Positions 30,884 to 41,085 of a stretch of DNA of 64,000 nt are shown piece by piece. Origin of the DNA: an uncultured Bacteroides sp. (GTDB lineage Bacteria; Bacteroidota; Bacteroidia; Bacteroidales; Bacteroidaceae); contig USCT01000009.1 of the NCBI GenBank assembly GCA_900553185.1, positions 677 through 64,676 of the forward strand. Reading direction: 5' to 3'. The position numbers were made by a program, and so were the translations under genes. The notes under the pieces were generated by a model. The model searched no databases, was not told where the DNA came from, and saw only the letters and a list, made by a program, of their open reading frames with translations. Within the stretch, counting starts at the first letter, position 1. The number at the start of each line of letters is the position of its first letter.

Positions 30884-33166
30884 TCAGGCATTAGACGCCA
30901 AAGCCGTACCGGCATAAAACAATTGCTTCAGGTTTCCAGCCTCACCAACCACCCAGAGAACATCGTCTTTCTGCAAGGGAGTCCGCACATCAGGCGTATG
31001 CAAATTGCCGTCATGTCCGGATTCCACCCCTACTACCAGGCAATGATACGTATTCCGAACTCCACAATCCATTATCGATTTTCCCACAAATGGAGAATCA
31101 GCTGCCAAAGCAAACTGCTTCAGATGCATTTCACGTTTTTCAAAGTCTTCTTCCTCATAACCTCCGGAAACTTTGTCTGCCTGTGCCGCAAATTCGGCCA
31201 GCTGTTCATCGGTTCCGATCACCTGCAACGTGTCACCCGGAAACACCCGGTTATCCCCACCCGGAATGTTGATACGATGTGTTCCCCGGATAATGGAAGC
31301 TACAAAAACTCCGTATTTCCGACTCAGATCCAATTCACGCAACGTACATCCCGACCACAACGAATCGGCCACCACTACGACATCAGACAAGTGAAGGTCT
31401 CTATCCAGCAAAGTACCCGCATACTCAGGTTGTTTCTCGCCCAAATATTCCTTACGCATATCCTTCGAGCGCAGATTTTGTACAAAAGTACGTTCCAACG
31501 CAATGGATTGCTTCTTGAGAAAACGTGAGAAAATCATCAGCATGATCAGCAATAACGCAATACCTACACCCAATGCAGCCGAAGCCATAAACAAGTATTT
31601 GATGATATAAATGATAAACATACCCGCAATAACTACCCGAAGCAGAATCAACGAAATCAGCGGAGCATGATTGAACCGGCTGTTCGACCATAAAGCCTTG
31701 AACTCAATGGAACGGTTCTTTTTCATGATAAGCGCACGCAAGAAAGGAGCGATCAGCACAATGGTAATGGCTGCTCCAGTAATCCTTCCCCAAAAATCAC
31801 CCATCGTAGCCTGTAACAACGGAAGAATGAAATTCAACGAAATAGCCGTTACCGCTATGGAAAGTACCACATAAATCAGGATAATGCGCACGATGGCTAC
31901 CAGAAGCTTCTTCCAATTGTTGGTGACATTGGCCGTCTGCGCGCCCGATGAAGAAGTATACCGGATAATCAGATTCTTCCATGGAACCGGAATCAGGCGG
32001 TCTACCGCCTCATAGGCAGGCCCGGCCAACCGGATCATGTAAGGAGTCAGGAAGGTAGTAATGACAGATACCGCCACTACAATCGGATAAAGAAAATCAC
32101 TGGTGACCTTCAGGCTCACTCCCAGCGATGCAATGATAAAGGCAAATTCACCGATCTGAGTCAGGCTGAAACCACACTGCATGGCAATCTTCAACGGCTG
32201 CCCGGAAAGCAGGACACCTCCCGTACCCAGTATAGTCTGTCCCAACAAGATAGCCAAGACAATAGCCAGAATAGGTGCCCAGTATTTCACGATCATAGCC
32301 GGGTCGACCATCATACCTACCGATACAAAGAAGATGGCTCCAAACAAGTCCTTCACCGGCGCCACCAGTTTCCCGATACGTTCCGAATCGATGGTCTCGG
32401 CCAGAATAGACCCCATGATAAAAGCTCCGAATGCCGGTGAGAAGCCAACCTGAGCGGCCAGAACTACCATTCCGAAGCAGAATGCCAGCGAAACGATAAG
32501 CAGGGTTTCGTCACTCATCATCTTCCGCACCCGTTTCAGGAACAATGGAATCACATAAATACCTACTACAAACCACAGCACCAGGAAGAATATCAGTTTC
32601 ATGATACTGGAAATCATTTCCATACCCTCAAAATTCTGGCTTACAGCCATGGTAGACAACATCACCATCAGGACAATAGCCAGAATGTCTTCCAGAATCA
32701 GGATACTGAGAACAAGACCGGCAAAACGTTGCTGACGTAATCCCATATCATCAAAAGCCTTGTAAATGATGGTTGTAGAAGACATGGCCAACATTCCACC
32801 CAGATAAATACAGTCCATCTGTTTCCAGTTGAAACACCAGCCCACGAATATGCCCACCGCAATCATGCAGAGAATGATGGAACAGGCCGAAATAACAGCC
32901 GATCCGCCCACCTTCATCAGTTTCTTGAAACTGAAGTCAAGGCCCAAAGCAAACAACAAGAAAATAACACCGATATCCGACCACGTCTGTATGTTGGAAG
33001 TATCTGTAACTGAAGGGGTAAATGCAAAATGAGGACTAGCCAAGAAACCAGCAACGATGTACCCCAGCACCAACGGTTGCTTCAGTTTCTTAAAAATGAG
33101 TGTCATGACACCGGCACAAATCAAAATCAGTGCCAGATCACTGATAAGCGGAGCTAAATGAGACAT
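30884..33166 (-). CDS. CPA2 cation:proton antiporter with two TrkA_C domains
   Basis: MSSTTII, ILILED, FFVSVG, QIGEFAF; C-terminal RCK_C repeats. Confidence 0.9.
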   Translation of the reverse strand: MSHLAPLISDLALILICAGVMTLIFKKLKQPLVLGYIVAGFLASPHFAFTPSVTDTSNIQTWSDIGVIFLLFALGLDFSFKKLMKVGGSAVISACSIILCMIAVGIFVGWCFNWKQMDCIYLGGMLAMSSTTIIYKAFDDMGLRQQRFAGLVLSILILEDILAIVLMVMLSTMAVSQNFEGMEMISSIMKLIFFLVLWFVVGIYVIPLFLKRVRKMMSDETLLIVSLAFCFGMVVLAAQVGFSPAFGAFIMGSILAETIDSERIGKLVAPVKDLFGAIFFVSVGMMVDPAMIVKYWAPILAIVLAILLGQTILGTGGVLLSGQPLKIAMQCGFSLTQIGEFAFIIASLGVSLKVTSDFLYPIVVAVSVITTFLTPYMIRLAGPAYEAVDRLIPVPWKNLIIRYTSSSGAQTANVTNNWKKLLVAIVRIILIYVVLSIAVTAISLNFILPLLQATMGDFWGRITGAAITIVLIAPFLRALIMKKNRSIEFKALWSNSRFNHAPLISLILLRVVIAGMFIIYIIKYLFMASAALGVGIALLLIMLMIFSRFLKKQSIALERTFVQNLRSKDMRKEYLGEKQPEYAGTLLDRDLHLSDVVVVADSLWSGCTLRELDLSRKYGVFVASIIRGTHRINIPGGDNRVFPGDTLQVIGTDEQLAEFAAQADKVSGGYEEEDFEKREMHLKQFALAADSPFVGKSIMDCGVRNTYHCLVVGVESGHDGNLHTPDVRTPLQKDDVLWVVGEAGNLKQLFYAGTALASNA

Positions 33167-33234
33167 GTTTATTCCTGTTTGATTTTTCCGTGCAAATGTA
33201 AGCAAATAAATAAAAATAGCGACGATTTATTGAA

Positions 33235-33274
33235 AAAAGGTGTTCAATCAATAAAAATTGACCGAACACCTTTT
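33235..33274 (-). terminator. Terminator after gcvT
   Basis: AAAAGGTGTTC...GAACACCTTTT. Confidence 0.6.
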
Positions 33275-33303
33275 CCTGATCAGATAAAAAGCCTTTTTAA
33301 AAT

Positions 33304-34389
33304 CTATTTTCGAAAAGGAGGTTTTACCACCTGTGCTTTCAGGCGACGTCCCCGATTATCCAGATAAATTTCCGTACCCGGCTTCGAAAAATCAATGGCT
33401 ACATATCCCATACCGATACCAATCTTACGTGTAGGCGACATGGTACCTGAAGTAACATGTCCGATGATGTTTCCTTCCGCATCGGTCAGTGCATAGCCAT
33501 GACGTGGAATGCCACGGTCAATCATTTCGAAGCCTACCAACTTGCGGGTTACACCTTCTGCCTTCTGCTTTTCCAGGGCAGCCCGGTTGGTAAAGTTCTT
33601 CCCGTCTACGAATTTGGTAATCCATCCCAAACCGGCCTCCAGCGGAGAAGTCGTATCGTCGATATCGTTTCCATACAGGCAGAAACCCATTTCCAGACGG
33701 AGAGTATCACGTGCTCCCAAACCCACCGGCTTGATACCAAACTCAGCCCCGGCTTCGAAGATGGCGTCCCAAATCTTCAGACCGTCTTCCGGATAAAAAT
33801 AAAGTTCGAAACCACCTGCACCCGTATATCCCGTATTCGAGATAATCACTTCGGGTACTCCGGCAAATTCGCCTACCTTGAACGTATAATAAGGAATATC
33901 CGAAAGATTGACCGGAGTAAGCTTCTGAAGCGTAGCCAGAGCCTTAGGCCCCTGAACTGCCAGCTGACCGATACGGTCGGAAGAATTTTCCAGTTCGGCT
34001 CCTGCCTGGTTATGAGAGACACACCAGTTCCAGTCCTTTTCGATATTGGCCGCATTCACTACCAGCATGTATTTGTCCTGTCCGTAATCGTAAACCAGCA
34101 AATCGTCAACGATACCTCCCGTTTCATTAGGGAAACAAGTATACTGAACCTTGCCGGGAACCAGTACAGCCGCATTATTCGAAGTCACTTGCTGAATAAA
34201 CTCAAGCGCATGGGGGCCTTTTACCCAAAACTCTCCCATGTGAGACACATCGAAAACACCAACAGACTGACATACGGTAAAATGTTCATCCAAAATTCCG
34301 GAATACTCTATCGGCATGTTATATCCGGCAAATTCATGCATTTTGGCACCGAGAGCAATGTGCTTCTCGGTAAAGGGAGTTGTTTTCAT
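33304..34389 (-). CDS. gcvT: Glycine cleavage aminomethyltransferase
   Basis: [24 protein letters not shown]. Confidence 0.97.
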   Translation of the reverse strand: MKTTPFTEKHIALGAKMHEFAGYNMPIEYSGILDEHFTVCQSVGVFDVSHMGEFWVKGPHALEFIQQVTSNNAAVLVPGKVQYTCFPNETGGIVDDLLVYDYGQDKYMLVVNAANIEKDWNWCVSHNQAGAELENSSDRIGQLAVQGPKALATLQKLTPVNLSDIPYYTFKVGEFAGVPEVIISNTGYTGAGGFELYFYPEDGLKIWDAIFEAGAEFGIKPVGLGARDTLRLEMGFCLYGNDIDDTTSPLEAGLGWITKFVDGKNFTNRAALEKQKAEGVTRKLVGFEMIDRGIPRHGYALTDAEGNIIGHVTSGTMSPTRKIGIGMGYVAIDFSKPGTEIYLDNRGRRLKAQVVKPPFRK

Positions 34390-34423
34390 ACTTATCAGAT
34401 TTAATGTTCATTTTTCATGATTA

Positions 34424-34606
34424 CTTTTTTCTTTTTGATGTCAAGAAGAAAAAGCTAACAAAAAAGAAAAACCACCGGCTCCCGTTTTGAGGCGACTACG
34501 AAATATCCCCTGACGGAAGCACAGGAACTCACTTCGCTCAGACAGCCTGCGCTTCTTCCCGTCGGAGACCGTTCTCCGTTATCTCGCCTCAAGACCAAGA
34601 CCGGAT
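34424..34606 (+). ncRNA. Structured non-coding element (Flavo-1/Acido-Lenti-1-like)
   Basis: Nested stems TTGAGGCGA/TCGCCTCAA, GACGG/CCGTC, GAAGC/GCTTC, CAGG/CCTG closing the loop AACTCACTTCGCTCAGACAG. Confidence 0.6.
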
Positions 34607-34693
34607 ATGTTATTAATTACCTAGTTACCAAGAACTGAAACCGGCAGATTAAATACTGCTTTCAATTTTTCACTTTTAAATTCCAACTGAAAA

Positions 34694-35923
34694 TCAACTG
34701 TATCGCTTGGCTGTCAGTTCGGCAATCTTCACCACTACCATCATCGCCTTTTCGATGGAAGGTATCGGAACGAATTCATAACGGCCATGGAAATTCAATC
34801 CGCCGGCAAAGATATTCGGACAAGGAAGTCCCTTGAACGACAACTGAGCACCGTCTGTTCCGCCACGAATTGCTTTTACCTTCGGCTCTACTCCGGCTTC
34901 CTGCATGGCCGCAAAGGCGATATCGATGATATGCATCAGGGGTTCCACCTGCTGACGCATGTTGTAATACTGGTCTTTCAATTCTACCGTAACCACCTTT
35001 TCACCATACTTTTCGTTCAACTGCTCCGCACATGACAACATCAGCTGTTTCCGCCCCTCAAATTTCTCACGATTATGATCACGGATGATGTAAGAAAGTT
35101 CTGTCCGCTCTACCTCTCCTTCCATACCGATGAGGTGGAAGAAACCTTCATAACCTTCGGTCGTAGCAGGTGTTTCGTCGGCTGGAAGCAGACTGACAAA
35201 CTCATTGGCCACCAGCAGAGAATTGATCATCTTGTTCTTGGCATATCCCGGATGTACATTCCGTCCTTTCACATGTATTTTGGCCGAAGCTGCGTTGAAG
35301 TTCTCGAACTCCAGTTCGCCCACCTCACCACCGTCCATGGTATAAGCCCATTTGGCACCGAATTGCTCCACATTGAATTTGTGGGCACCCAGACCGATTT
35401 CCTCGTCCGGATTGAACCCGATACGGATTTTACCATGCTTGATTTCGGGATGTTCTTTCAGATAAGCTACCGCTCCGACGATTTCGGCGATACCGGCCTT
35501 GTCATCGGCCCCCAGCAAGGTGTGACCGTCCGTCACAATCAAATCCTCACCCAAATGATCCAGTAATTCGGGGAATTGTCGCGGTGACAAAACAATTCCT
35601 TCTTCGGCACACAACGGAATTTCTTTTCCATCATATTTCTCAACGATACGCGGCTTTACATTCTCCCCGCTCATATCGGGACTGGTGTCCATGTGAGAAA
35701 TGAAACCGATAGTAGGAACCTCACGGTCAACATTGGCCGGCAACGTAGCAAAGAGGTAACCATTTTCATCCAGTGTAATCTCCTCCAGCCCCAGGGCCTC
35801 CAGTTCGGTCTTCAAATATTGTGCAAACACCATCTGCTTTGGCGTACTTGGAGTTACCCCGGTCGATTCATCAGATTGTGTATCGAAACTTACATACTTT
35901 AAAAAACGTTCAATTACCGTCAT
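34694..35923 (-). CDS. pepT: Peptidase T
   Basis: [31 protein letters not shown]. Confidence 0.97.
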   Translation of the reverse strand: MTVIERFLKYVSFDTQSDESTGVTPSTPKQMVFAQYLKTELEALGLEEITLDENGYLFATLPANVDREVPTIGFISHMDTSPDMSGENVKPRIVEKYDGKEIPLCAEEGIVLSPRQFPELLDHLGEDLIVTDGHTLLGADDKAGIAEIVGAVAYLKEHPEIKHGKIRIGFNPDEEIGLGAHKFNVEQFGAKWAYTMDGGEVGELEFENFNAASAKIHVKGRNVHPGYAKNKMINSLLVANEFVSLLPADETPATTEGYEGFFHLIGMEGEVERTELSYIIRDHNREKFEGRKQLMLSCAEQLNEKYGEKVVTVELKDQYYNMRQQVEPLMHIIDIAFAAMQEAGVEPKVKAIRGGTDGAQLSFKGLPCPNIFAGGLNFHGRYEFVPIPSIEKAMMVVVKIAELTAKRYS

Positions 35924-36031
35924 ATTTTTCTTCTAGATTTTTATATTAATTCTTCATGGTAAAATTAACAAATGAGCAACAAACGACCAAACAGATTATC
36001 ATTTTTTCGTAAATCACAAGGTAGATTTACG

Positions 36032-36322
36032 TTATTTCCCGGCCCGGATATAGTCATTCAATGCCTCCACGTACTCCTCGAAAGCCTTCTGCCCTGCCGG
36101 AGTGATATGCAAGGTGGTGCGCTGGTTACGGCCGGCATTTACCCGTTCCATGGAAATGTACCCCGCCGCCAGCAGTTTATCCAACTGCACGGACAAGTTA
36201 CCCGAGGTAGATTCCGTCTTTTCTTTCAGGTAAACAAAATCGGCTTCCACTACGGACATGAGGATAGACATTACGGCCAGCCTCAACTGGGAATGCAACA
36301 ACGGATTCAACGGACGGAACAT
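36032..36322 (-). CDS. Winged-helix regulator (HTH_34-like)
   Basis: LHSQLRLAVMSIL...GNLSVQLDKL...ITPAG. Confidence 0.85.
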   Translation of the reverse strand: MFRPLNPLLHSQLRLAVMSILMSVVEADFVYLKEKTESTSGNLSVQLDKLLAAGYISMERVNAGRNQRTTLHITPAGQKAFEEYVEALNDYIRAGK

Positions 36323-36345
36323 AAAGCCTTACCTCCTCTGCCATC

Positions 36346-36957
36346 TTACCGGGTAACCGGATTCTTGATACGACGTTTTACCTGCCATTGCATGGCACAC
36401 CCGCCCAGCACCAAAGCAACCAGACAGAACAGCATGAAAGAAAGGATTCCATACCCTATCGAATCGTCCATCGAGGTCACATAAAGGTAAGCCATCGAAC
36501 AGCCTCCTATCAGACAGGAAGACGCGTAACGCAGCTTCAACAGCACCTCCAGTATGATGACAAGTCCGACGAACAAGGAGGCCAGATATATCAGAAACAC
36601 CACATTGTAATTCCCATCGTACGAAAACAGATAGATCCCCGACAGCAGAGCCGGAAAAAGCCACGTATACATCCAGGCTGCATGGAACATCTCGTCGAGG
36701 AAGGTCTTGACCCGCCTTTCCCGGTACCGGAAATCTATCAGCCAGGCCGAAACCGGTATCAGAAACGTGAACCACATCACCTGAGAATCGGGCAGATACT
36801 TCCTCAGCACCAGCATACCGACACAAATCAAGACTGAAGCCACTCCCGTCATCCACAGGATATCACTGTTCCTGTTACTCAGACGGGCACGATTTTCGGA
36901 AATCATCCGGGCTATAAGCCTCAAACTTTCCTCTTCTTTCAAAAATTTTTCTTCCAT
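36346..36957 (-). CDS. Multi-pass membrane protein
   Basis: ESLRLIARMI N-terminus and about six hydrophobic segments; upstream of the wHTH gene. Confidence 0.7.
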   Translation of the reverse strand: MEEKFLKEEESLRLIARMISENRARLSNRNSDILWMTGVASVLICVGMLVLRKYLPDSQVMWFTFLIPVSAWLIDFRYRERRVKTFLDEMFHAAWMYTWLFPALLSGIYLFSYDGNYNVVFLIYLASLFVGLVIILEVLLKLRYASSCLIGGCSMAYLYVTSMDDSIGYGILSFMLFCLVALVLGGCAMQWQVKRRIKNPVTR

Positions 36958-37172
36958 TGTATAGCGGTCATTAAAAGTTTATATCATAAACTAAAAAAGA
37001 AATAAAAAAGGAAGAAGTTACTTCTTCACACCTTGTATGCTTACAAATATACTAAAAAGTTTATGACATAAACCAAAAAGAACGGGAAAAAAGATGAGGT
37101 GCAACAAAAATCTTTCGTACTTTTGCATACGATAAGGAGATAAATCCTTAATACATTACACTACAGACATCA

Positions 37173-38381
37173 ATGAGAAGAGTTATTTTATTATGCCTCA
37201 TGTGCCTGACCATTGCAAGTGGTTTCGCACAAGTCGCCGAAACCCCGTCCGACACAGCTTCTACTCCCGAACGTACACTTACCAAGAAGGAACTCCACAA
37301 GCTGAAAGTGGCCAAACGGAATTTTCACTACAACATTCTGGGAGGACCCAGTTATTCGCCGGATTTCGGCGTACTGATAGGCGGTAGCGCCCTGATGACT
37401 TTCCGCATGGATCCCAAGGACACCACCATGATGCGTTCGGTAATTCCGGCTTCCATGGCTTTCATGTTTTCGGGCGGACTGAACATCGTGGTAAAACCCC
37501 AACTGTTCTTCAAAAATGACAAATTCCGTATCTTCGGACAATTCATCTACAAGAACACCCAGGAAAACTACTACGGCGTAGGCTACGATACCAACAAGAA
37601 TTACGTCAGAAGTGAAACCACCAGCCAATACCAGTACAGCGGTGTACAAATCAATCCCTGGTTCCTTTTCCGCCTGGGAGAAAGCAACTTTTTTCTGGGA
37701 CCACAGATTGACCTGAACTACGACAAAATGAAGGATGTGGCCGAAGGAATCACTCAGGATCCTTATTACATAGCCGCCGGAGGTACACCCGACGGATATA
37801 GCAATTTCAGTTCCGGCGTAGGCTTCCTGCTCAGTTATGATACACGCGACATCCCGGCCAATCCCTACAAAGGACTTTACCTCGATTTTCGCGGACTGAT
37901 GTATCAGAAATGGCTCGGTGGCGACAACAACTTCTACAAGCTGGAACTTGACTACCGCCAATACAAAAGCGTGGGAAAGCGCAAAGTCATCGCTTGGACC
38001 CTGCAAAGCAAGAACGTCATCGGAAGCAACATTCCATTGAACAAATATGTACTGAGCGGAACTCCATTCGACCTGCGCGGATACTACATGGGACAATACC
38101 GGGACAAAACCTCCCACATGGCACTGGTAGAATACCGGCAGATGTTCAACAACGACCAGGACACATGGCTCAAACGAATCGTTTCGCACCTGGGATATGT
38201 AGCCTGGGGAGGCGTAGGATTCATGGGACCCGACCCGGTACACATCGAAGGTATCCTGCCGAATGCGGGACTCGGATTACGCATTGAAGTACAGCCACGC
38301 ATGAATGTCCGCCTGGACATCGGACGCAACTTCATCAACAAGCAGAACCTGTTTTACCTGAATATGACAGAGGCTTTCTGA
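37173..38381 (+). CDS. Omp85/BamA-TamA-family outer membrane protein without POTRA domains
   Basis: Signal peptide, YDTRD, LRGY motif, terminal EAF. Confidence 0.78.
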   Translation: MRRVILLCLMCLTIASGFAQVAETPSDTASTPERTLTKKELHKLKVAKRNFHYNILGGPSYSPDFGVLIGGSALMTFRMDPKDTTMMRSVIPASMAFMFSGGLNIVVKPQLFFKNDKFRIFGQFIYKNTQENYYGVGYDTNKNYVRSETTSQYQYSGVQINPWFLFRLGESNFFLGPQIDLNYDKMKDVAEGITQDPYYIAAGGTPDGYSNFSSGVGFLLSYDTRDIPANPYKGLYLDFRGLMYQKWLGGDNNFYKLELDYRQYKSVGKRKVIAWTLQSKNVIGSNIPLNKYVLSGTPFDLRGYYMGQYRDKTSHMALVEYRQMFNNDQDTWLKRIVSHLGYVAWGGVGFMGPDPVHIEGILPNAGLGLRIEVQPRMNVRLDIGRNFINKQNLFYLNMTEAF

Positions 38382-38426
38382 GTATGTCACCCGGAAAGCC
38401 CCTCTTTGTATAACTTACTATTTTTT

Positions 38427-38470
38427 AATCCTTTGCCCGAATCTGTATACAGACAAGCAGGCAAGGGATT
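38427..38470. terminator. Terminator between convergent genes
   Basis: AATCCTTTGCC...GGCAAGGGATT plus T-run. Confidence 0.55.
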
Positions 38471-38485
38471 TTTCTTTACCACATA

Positions 38486-39892
38486 TCAAAAACAGCTGGA
38501 ACCGTCGAAACAATGGGTGCAGACCTTGCACTTCGGCAGGCCGATGGCCTCAATCAGCGTTTCCAGTGTATTGAATTTCAGGGAAGTCAGTCCGAAGCGG
38601 GCACGGATACGTTCCACCAGCTCCTTGTACTCCGGTGAATCGGTCGTAGCATACTTGTCCAGCTTCGCATTTGCGTCGCCCTCTATTTCCTGGATGATAC
38701 GGCGGGTTATCAGTTCCATGTCACTCTTCGAAGAAGTAAAGCCGATGAACGGACAACCATAAATAAGCGGCGGGCATGCAATACGCATGTGAACTTCCTT
38801 GGCCCCATAATCGAAAAGCACCTTCACATTATCCCGGAGCTGGGTACCCCGCACGATAGAATCGTCGCAGAACAGAACGCGCTTTCCCTCCAGCATGGCC
38901 CTGTTAGGAATCAATTTCATCTTGGCCACCAGCGAACGCATTTCCTGATTGCTCGGCGTAAAGCTGCGTGGCCATGTCGGAGTATACTTGGCAATAGCCC
39001 GATGATAAGGCACCCCCTTTCCTTCGGCATATCCCAGCGCCATACCTACACCCGAATCCGGAATACCGCAGGCACAATCCACCTCCGATTCATCAGTCTG
39101 ACCCATTTTGTAACCCGATACGAAACGTACCTCTTCTACGTTCTTTTCCTCGTAGCACGAAGCCGGAAAGCCGTAATACACCCACAGGAATGAACAGATC
39201 TGCATCTTGTCGTTCGGCTTGCGGAGCTGTTCCAGGCCGTCGGCACGCATCCGGATAATCTCTCCCGGGCCTACATAACGCTCAATCTCGTAATCCAGGT
39301 TCGGAAAACTGCTCGACTCGCTGGTAGCGGCGTATGCCCCTTCCTTCTTGCCGATCACAATCGGCGTACGTCCCCACTGGTCGCGGGCCACGATGATACC
39401 GTCTTCGGTAAGAATCAGCATGGAACAGGAACCTTTGATTTTCTTGAAAACGTGTTCAATCCCCTCTACAAAAGTCTTTCCCTGGATAATCAACAGGGCA
39501 ATGAGCTCCGTCTGGTTGGTCTTTCCCATACTCATTTCAGAAAAGTGCATGTTGGCTTCGAGCAATTCCTGCACCAGTTCCTCCCGATTATTGATCTTTG
39601 CAACTGTAACGATGGCGAAATGCCCCAAATGAGAATTGATCAGGATAGGCTGAGGGTCCGTATCGCTGATAACGCCGATACCGGCTTTGCCTCTGAATTT
39701 TGACAACTCTGGTTCAAATTTCGTACGAAAGTATGAACTTTCCAGGCTATGAATCGTACGGGCAAAGCCTTCACCCTCCGCATAAGTAGCCATACCGGCA
39801 CGTTTCGTGCCCAAATGAGAATTATAATCTGTCCCGTAAAATAAATCGGTCACACATTCAGTCTGAGAGACTGTTCCGAAAAATCCTCCCAT
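38486..39892 (-). CDS. purF: Amidophosphoribosyltransferase-like protein lacking the N-terminal Cys
   Basis: PDSG, DDSIVRGT, IACPP, CTHCF; begins MGGFFG. Confidence 0.88.
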   Translation of the reverse strand: MGGFFGTVSQTECVTDLFYGTDYNSHLGTKRAGMATYAEGEGFARTIHSLESSYFRTKFEPELSKFRGKAGIGVISDTDPQPILINSHLGHFAIVTVAKINNREELVQELLEANMHFSEMSMGKTNQTELIALLIIQGKTFVEGIEHVFKKIKGSCSMLILTEDGIIVARDQWGRTPIVIGKKEGAYAATSESSSFPNLDYEIERYVGPGEIIRMRADGLEQLRKPNDKMQICSFLWVYYGFPASCYEEKNVEEVRFVSGYKMGQTDESEVDCACGIPDSGVGMALGYAEGKGVPYHRAIAKYTPTWPRSFTPSNQEMRSLVAKMKLIPNRAMLEGKRVLFCDDSIVRGTQLRDNVKVLFDYGAKEVHMRIACPPLIYGCPFIGFTSSKSDMELITRRIIQEIEGDANAKLDKYATTDSPEYKELVERIRARFGLTSLKFNTLETLIEAIGLPKCKVCTHCFDGSSCF

Positions 39893-40017
39893 AGTGTTAG
39901 TTTAGTAGTTCTATAAATGAAAATTTTTGCAAAAATACGAAAATGGAAGAATATACGCAAACGGGAAGCGTTAAGACACGAAAAAAGGAAATCTCTTTTC
40001 CAAAGACTTCCTTTCTG

Positions 40018-40091
40018 AGCCTCTTGTCGGATTCGAACCAACGACCCCGAGATTACAAATCACGTGCTCTGGCCAACTGAGCTAAAGAGGC
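40018..40091 (-). tRNA. tRNA-Thr(TGT)
   Basis: GCCTCTTTAGCTCAG...TT-TGT-AA...GGTTCGAATCC...AAGAGGCT. Confidence 0.95.
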
Positions 40092-40149
40092 AAACGAGTA
40101 AGTATTTTCTTTTAGAATCCGCAAACGCTTACTCTCGTCTGCTTTTTCG

Positions 40150-40223
40150 AGCCTCTTGTCGGATTCGAACCAACGACCCCGAGATTACAAATCACGTGCT
40201 CTGGCCAACTGAGCTAAAGAGGC
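40150..40223 (-). tRNA. tRNA-Thr(TGT), identical copy
   Basis: Same 74-nt sequence as 40018-40091. Confidence 0.95.
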
Positions 40224-40229
40224 GGGGGT

Positions 40230-40326
40230 GGGTAAGCTTACTATATCGCGCCGCTACAACCAACTACCTTTGCTGCGATCAAGCCCTGGAGGATTCGAAG
40301 GGAGCTGGCCGTATGGGACTTACCCG
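40230..40326 (-). ncRNA. ffs: Small bacterial SRP RNA
   Basis: About 97-nt hairpin closed by GGGTAAG/CTTACCC with CAGG...AGCA helix-8 motif; TACCTTTG promoter at 40379-40386. Confidence 0.8.
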
Positions 40327-40523
40327 TTTTTCTTTGCTTTCGGGAGATGACCCGGAGGTTATTTCTCGATTGCGGGTGCAAAGGTAGGCATTTCTTTGAA
40401 ATCTGCAATACCTTTTGCAAAAAAAATGCAGTTTTTTTGTAGGAAATGCGATTTTTTCCGGTTTTTCATTCCTACAACGACCGAAAAAACGTACTTTTGC
40501 ATCCATAAATAAAATATTCGCAC

Positions 40524-41060
40524 ATGACACAAGACCAACCCATCCACCTGCAACAGACCGCCATGTATTTCGGGACGTTCATGGGATTATTCTGGATCAT
40601 CAAATTCACCTTTCTCCCACTGGGCTTTACCATCCCCCTGCTGCAGTTCCTATTTGTGTTGCTCACCTGTTTTGTCCCTATCCTGGGATACTTATATACC
40701 CGTAAGTTCCGCGACCGGTATAGTGGAGGAAGCATCACTTTCTCACGCGCATTTGCCTTTACCGTTCTCATGTATTTCTTTGCCGCCCTGCTGGCTGCCG
40801 TAGCTCACTACATTTATTTTCGCTTTCTCGACAACGGTTTTCTGGCAGAAAGCTATATCGGGCAGCTGGAAGCCATGAAACCCGCCGCTACGGAAGAACT
40901 GAAGGAAAGCATCGACCAGTTCATCGAAGGTTTCAGCCTGATTTCCTCGCTCTCGCCCATCCAGCTCACCTTTCAGCTGATCTCGCAGAACTTCATGTAC
41001 GGAGTCTTGCTGGCACTTCCCACTTCCCTGCTGGTCATGCGGAAAAAACGTCACGAATAA
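40524..41060 (+). CDS. DUF4199 membrane protein
   Basis: Four TMs, GGSITFSRAF; TACTTTTG at 40492-40499. Confidence 0.8.
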   Translation: MTQDQPIHLQQTAMYFGTFMGLFWIIKFTFLPLGFTIPLLQFLFVLLTCFVPILGYLYTRKFRDRYSGGSITFSRAFAFTVLMYFFAALLAAVAHYIYFRFLDNGFLAESYIGQLEAMKPAATEELKESIDQFIEGFSLISSLSPIQLTFQLISQNFMYGVLLALPTSLLVMRKKRHE

Positions 41061-41085
41061 AAATCTTTTTAATAACATAATATAC

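Noticed and set aside
33457..34404. 315-aa plus-strand ORF
   Set aside because: Antisense shadow of gcvT with no recognisable motifs
34390..34693. Canonical glycine riboswitch upstream of gcvT
   Set aside because: Only a loose resemblance; the CUCUCAGG/GAAGG core and a second aptamer were not found, so it is not called without cmscan
36329..36856. 175-aa same-strand overlapping ORF
   Set aside because: Alternative frame of the membrane protein gene; no sign of a frameshifted gene
37191..38243. 350-aa minus-strand ORF
   Set aside because: Antisense shadow of the Omp85-family gene
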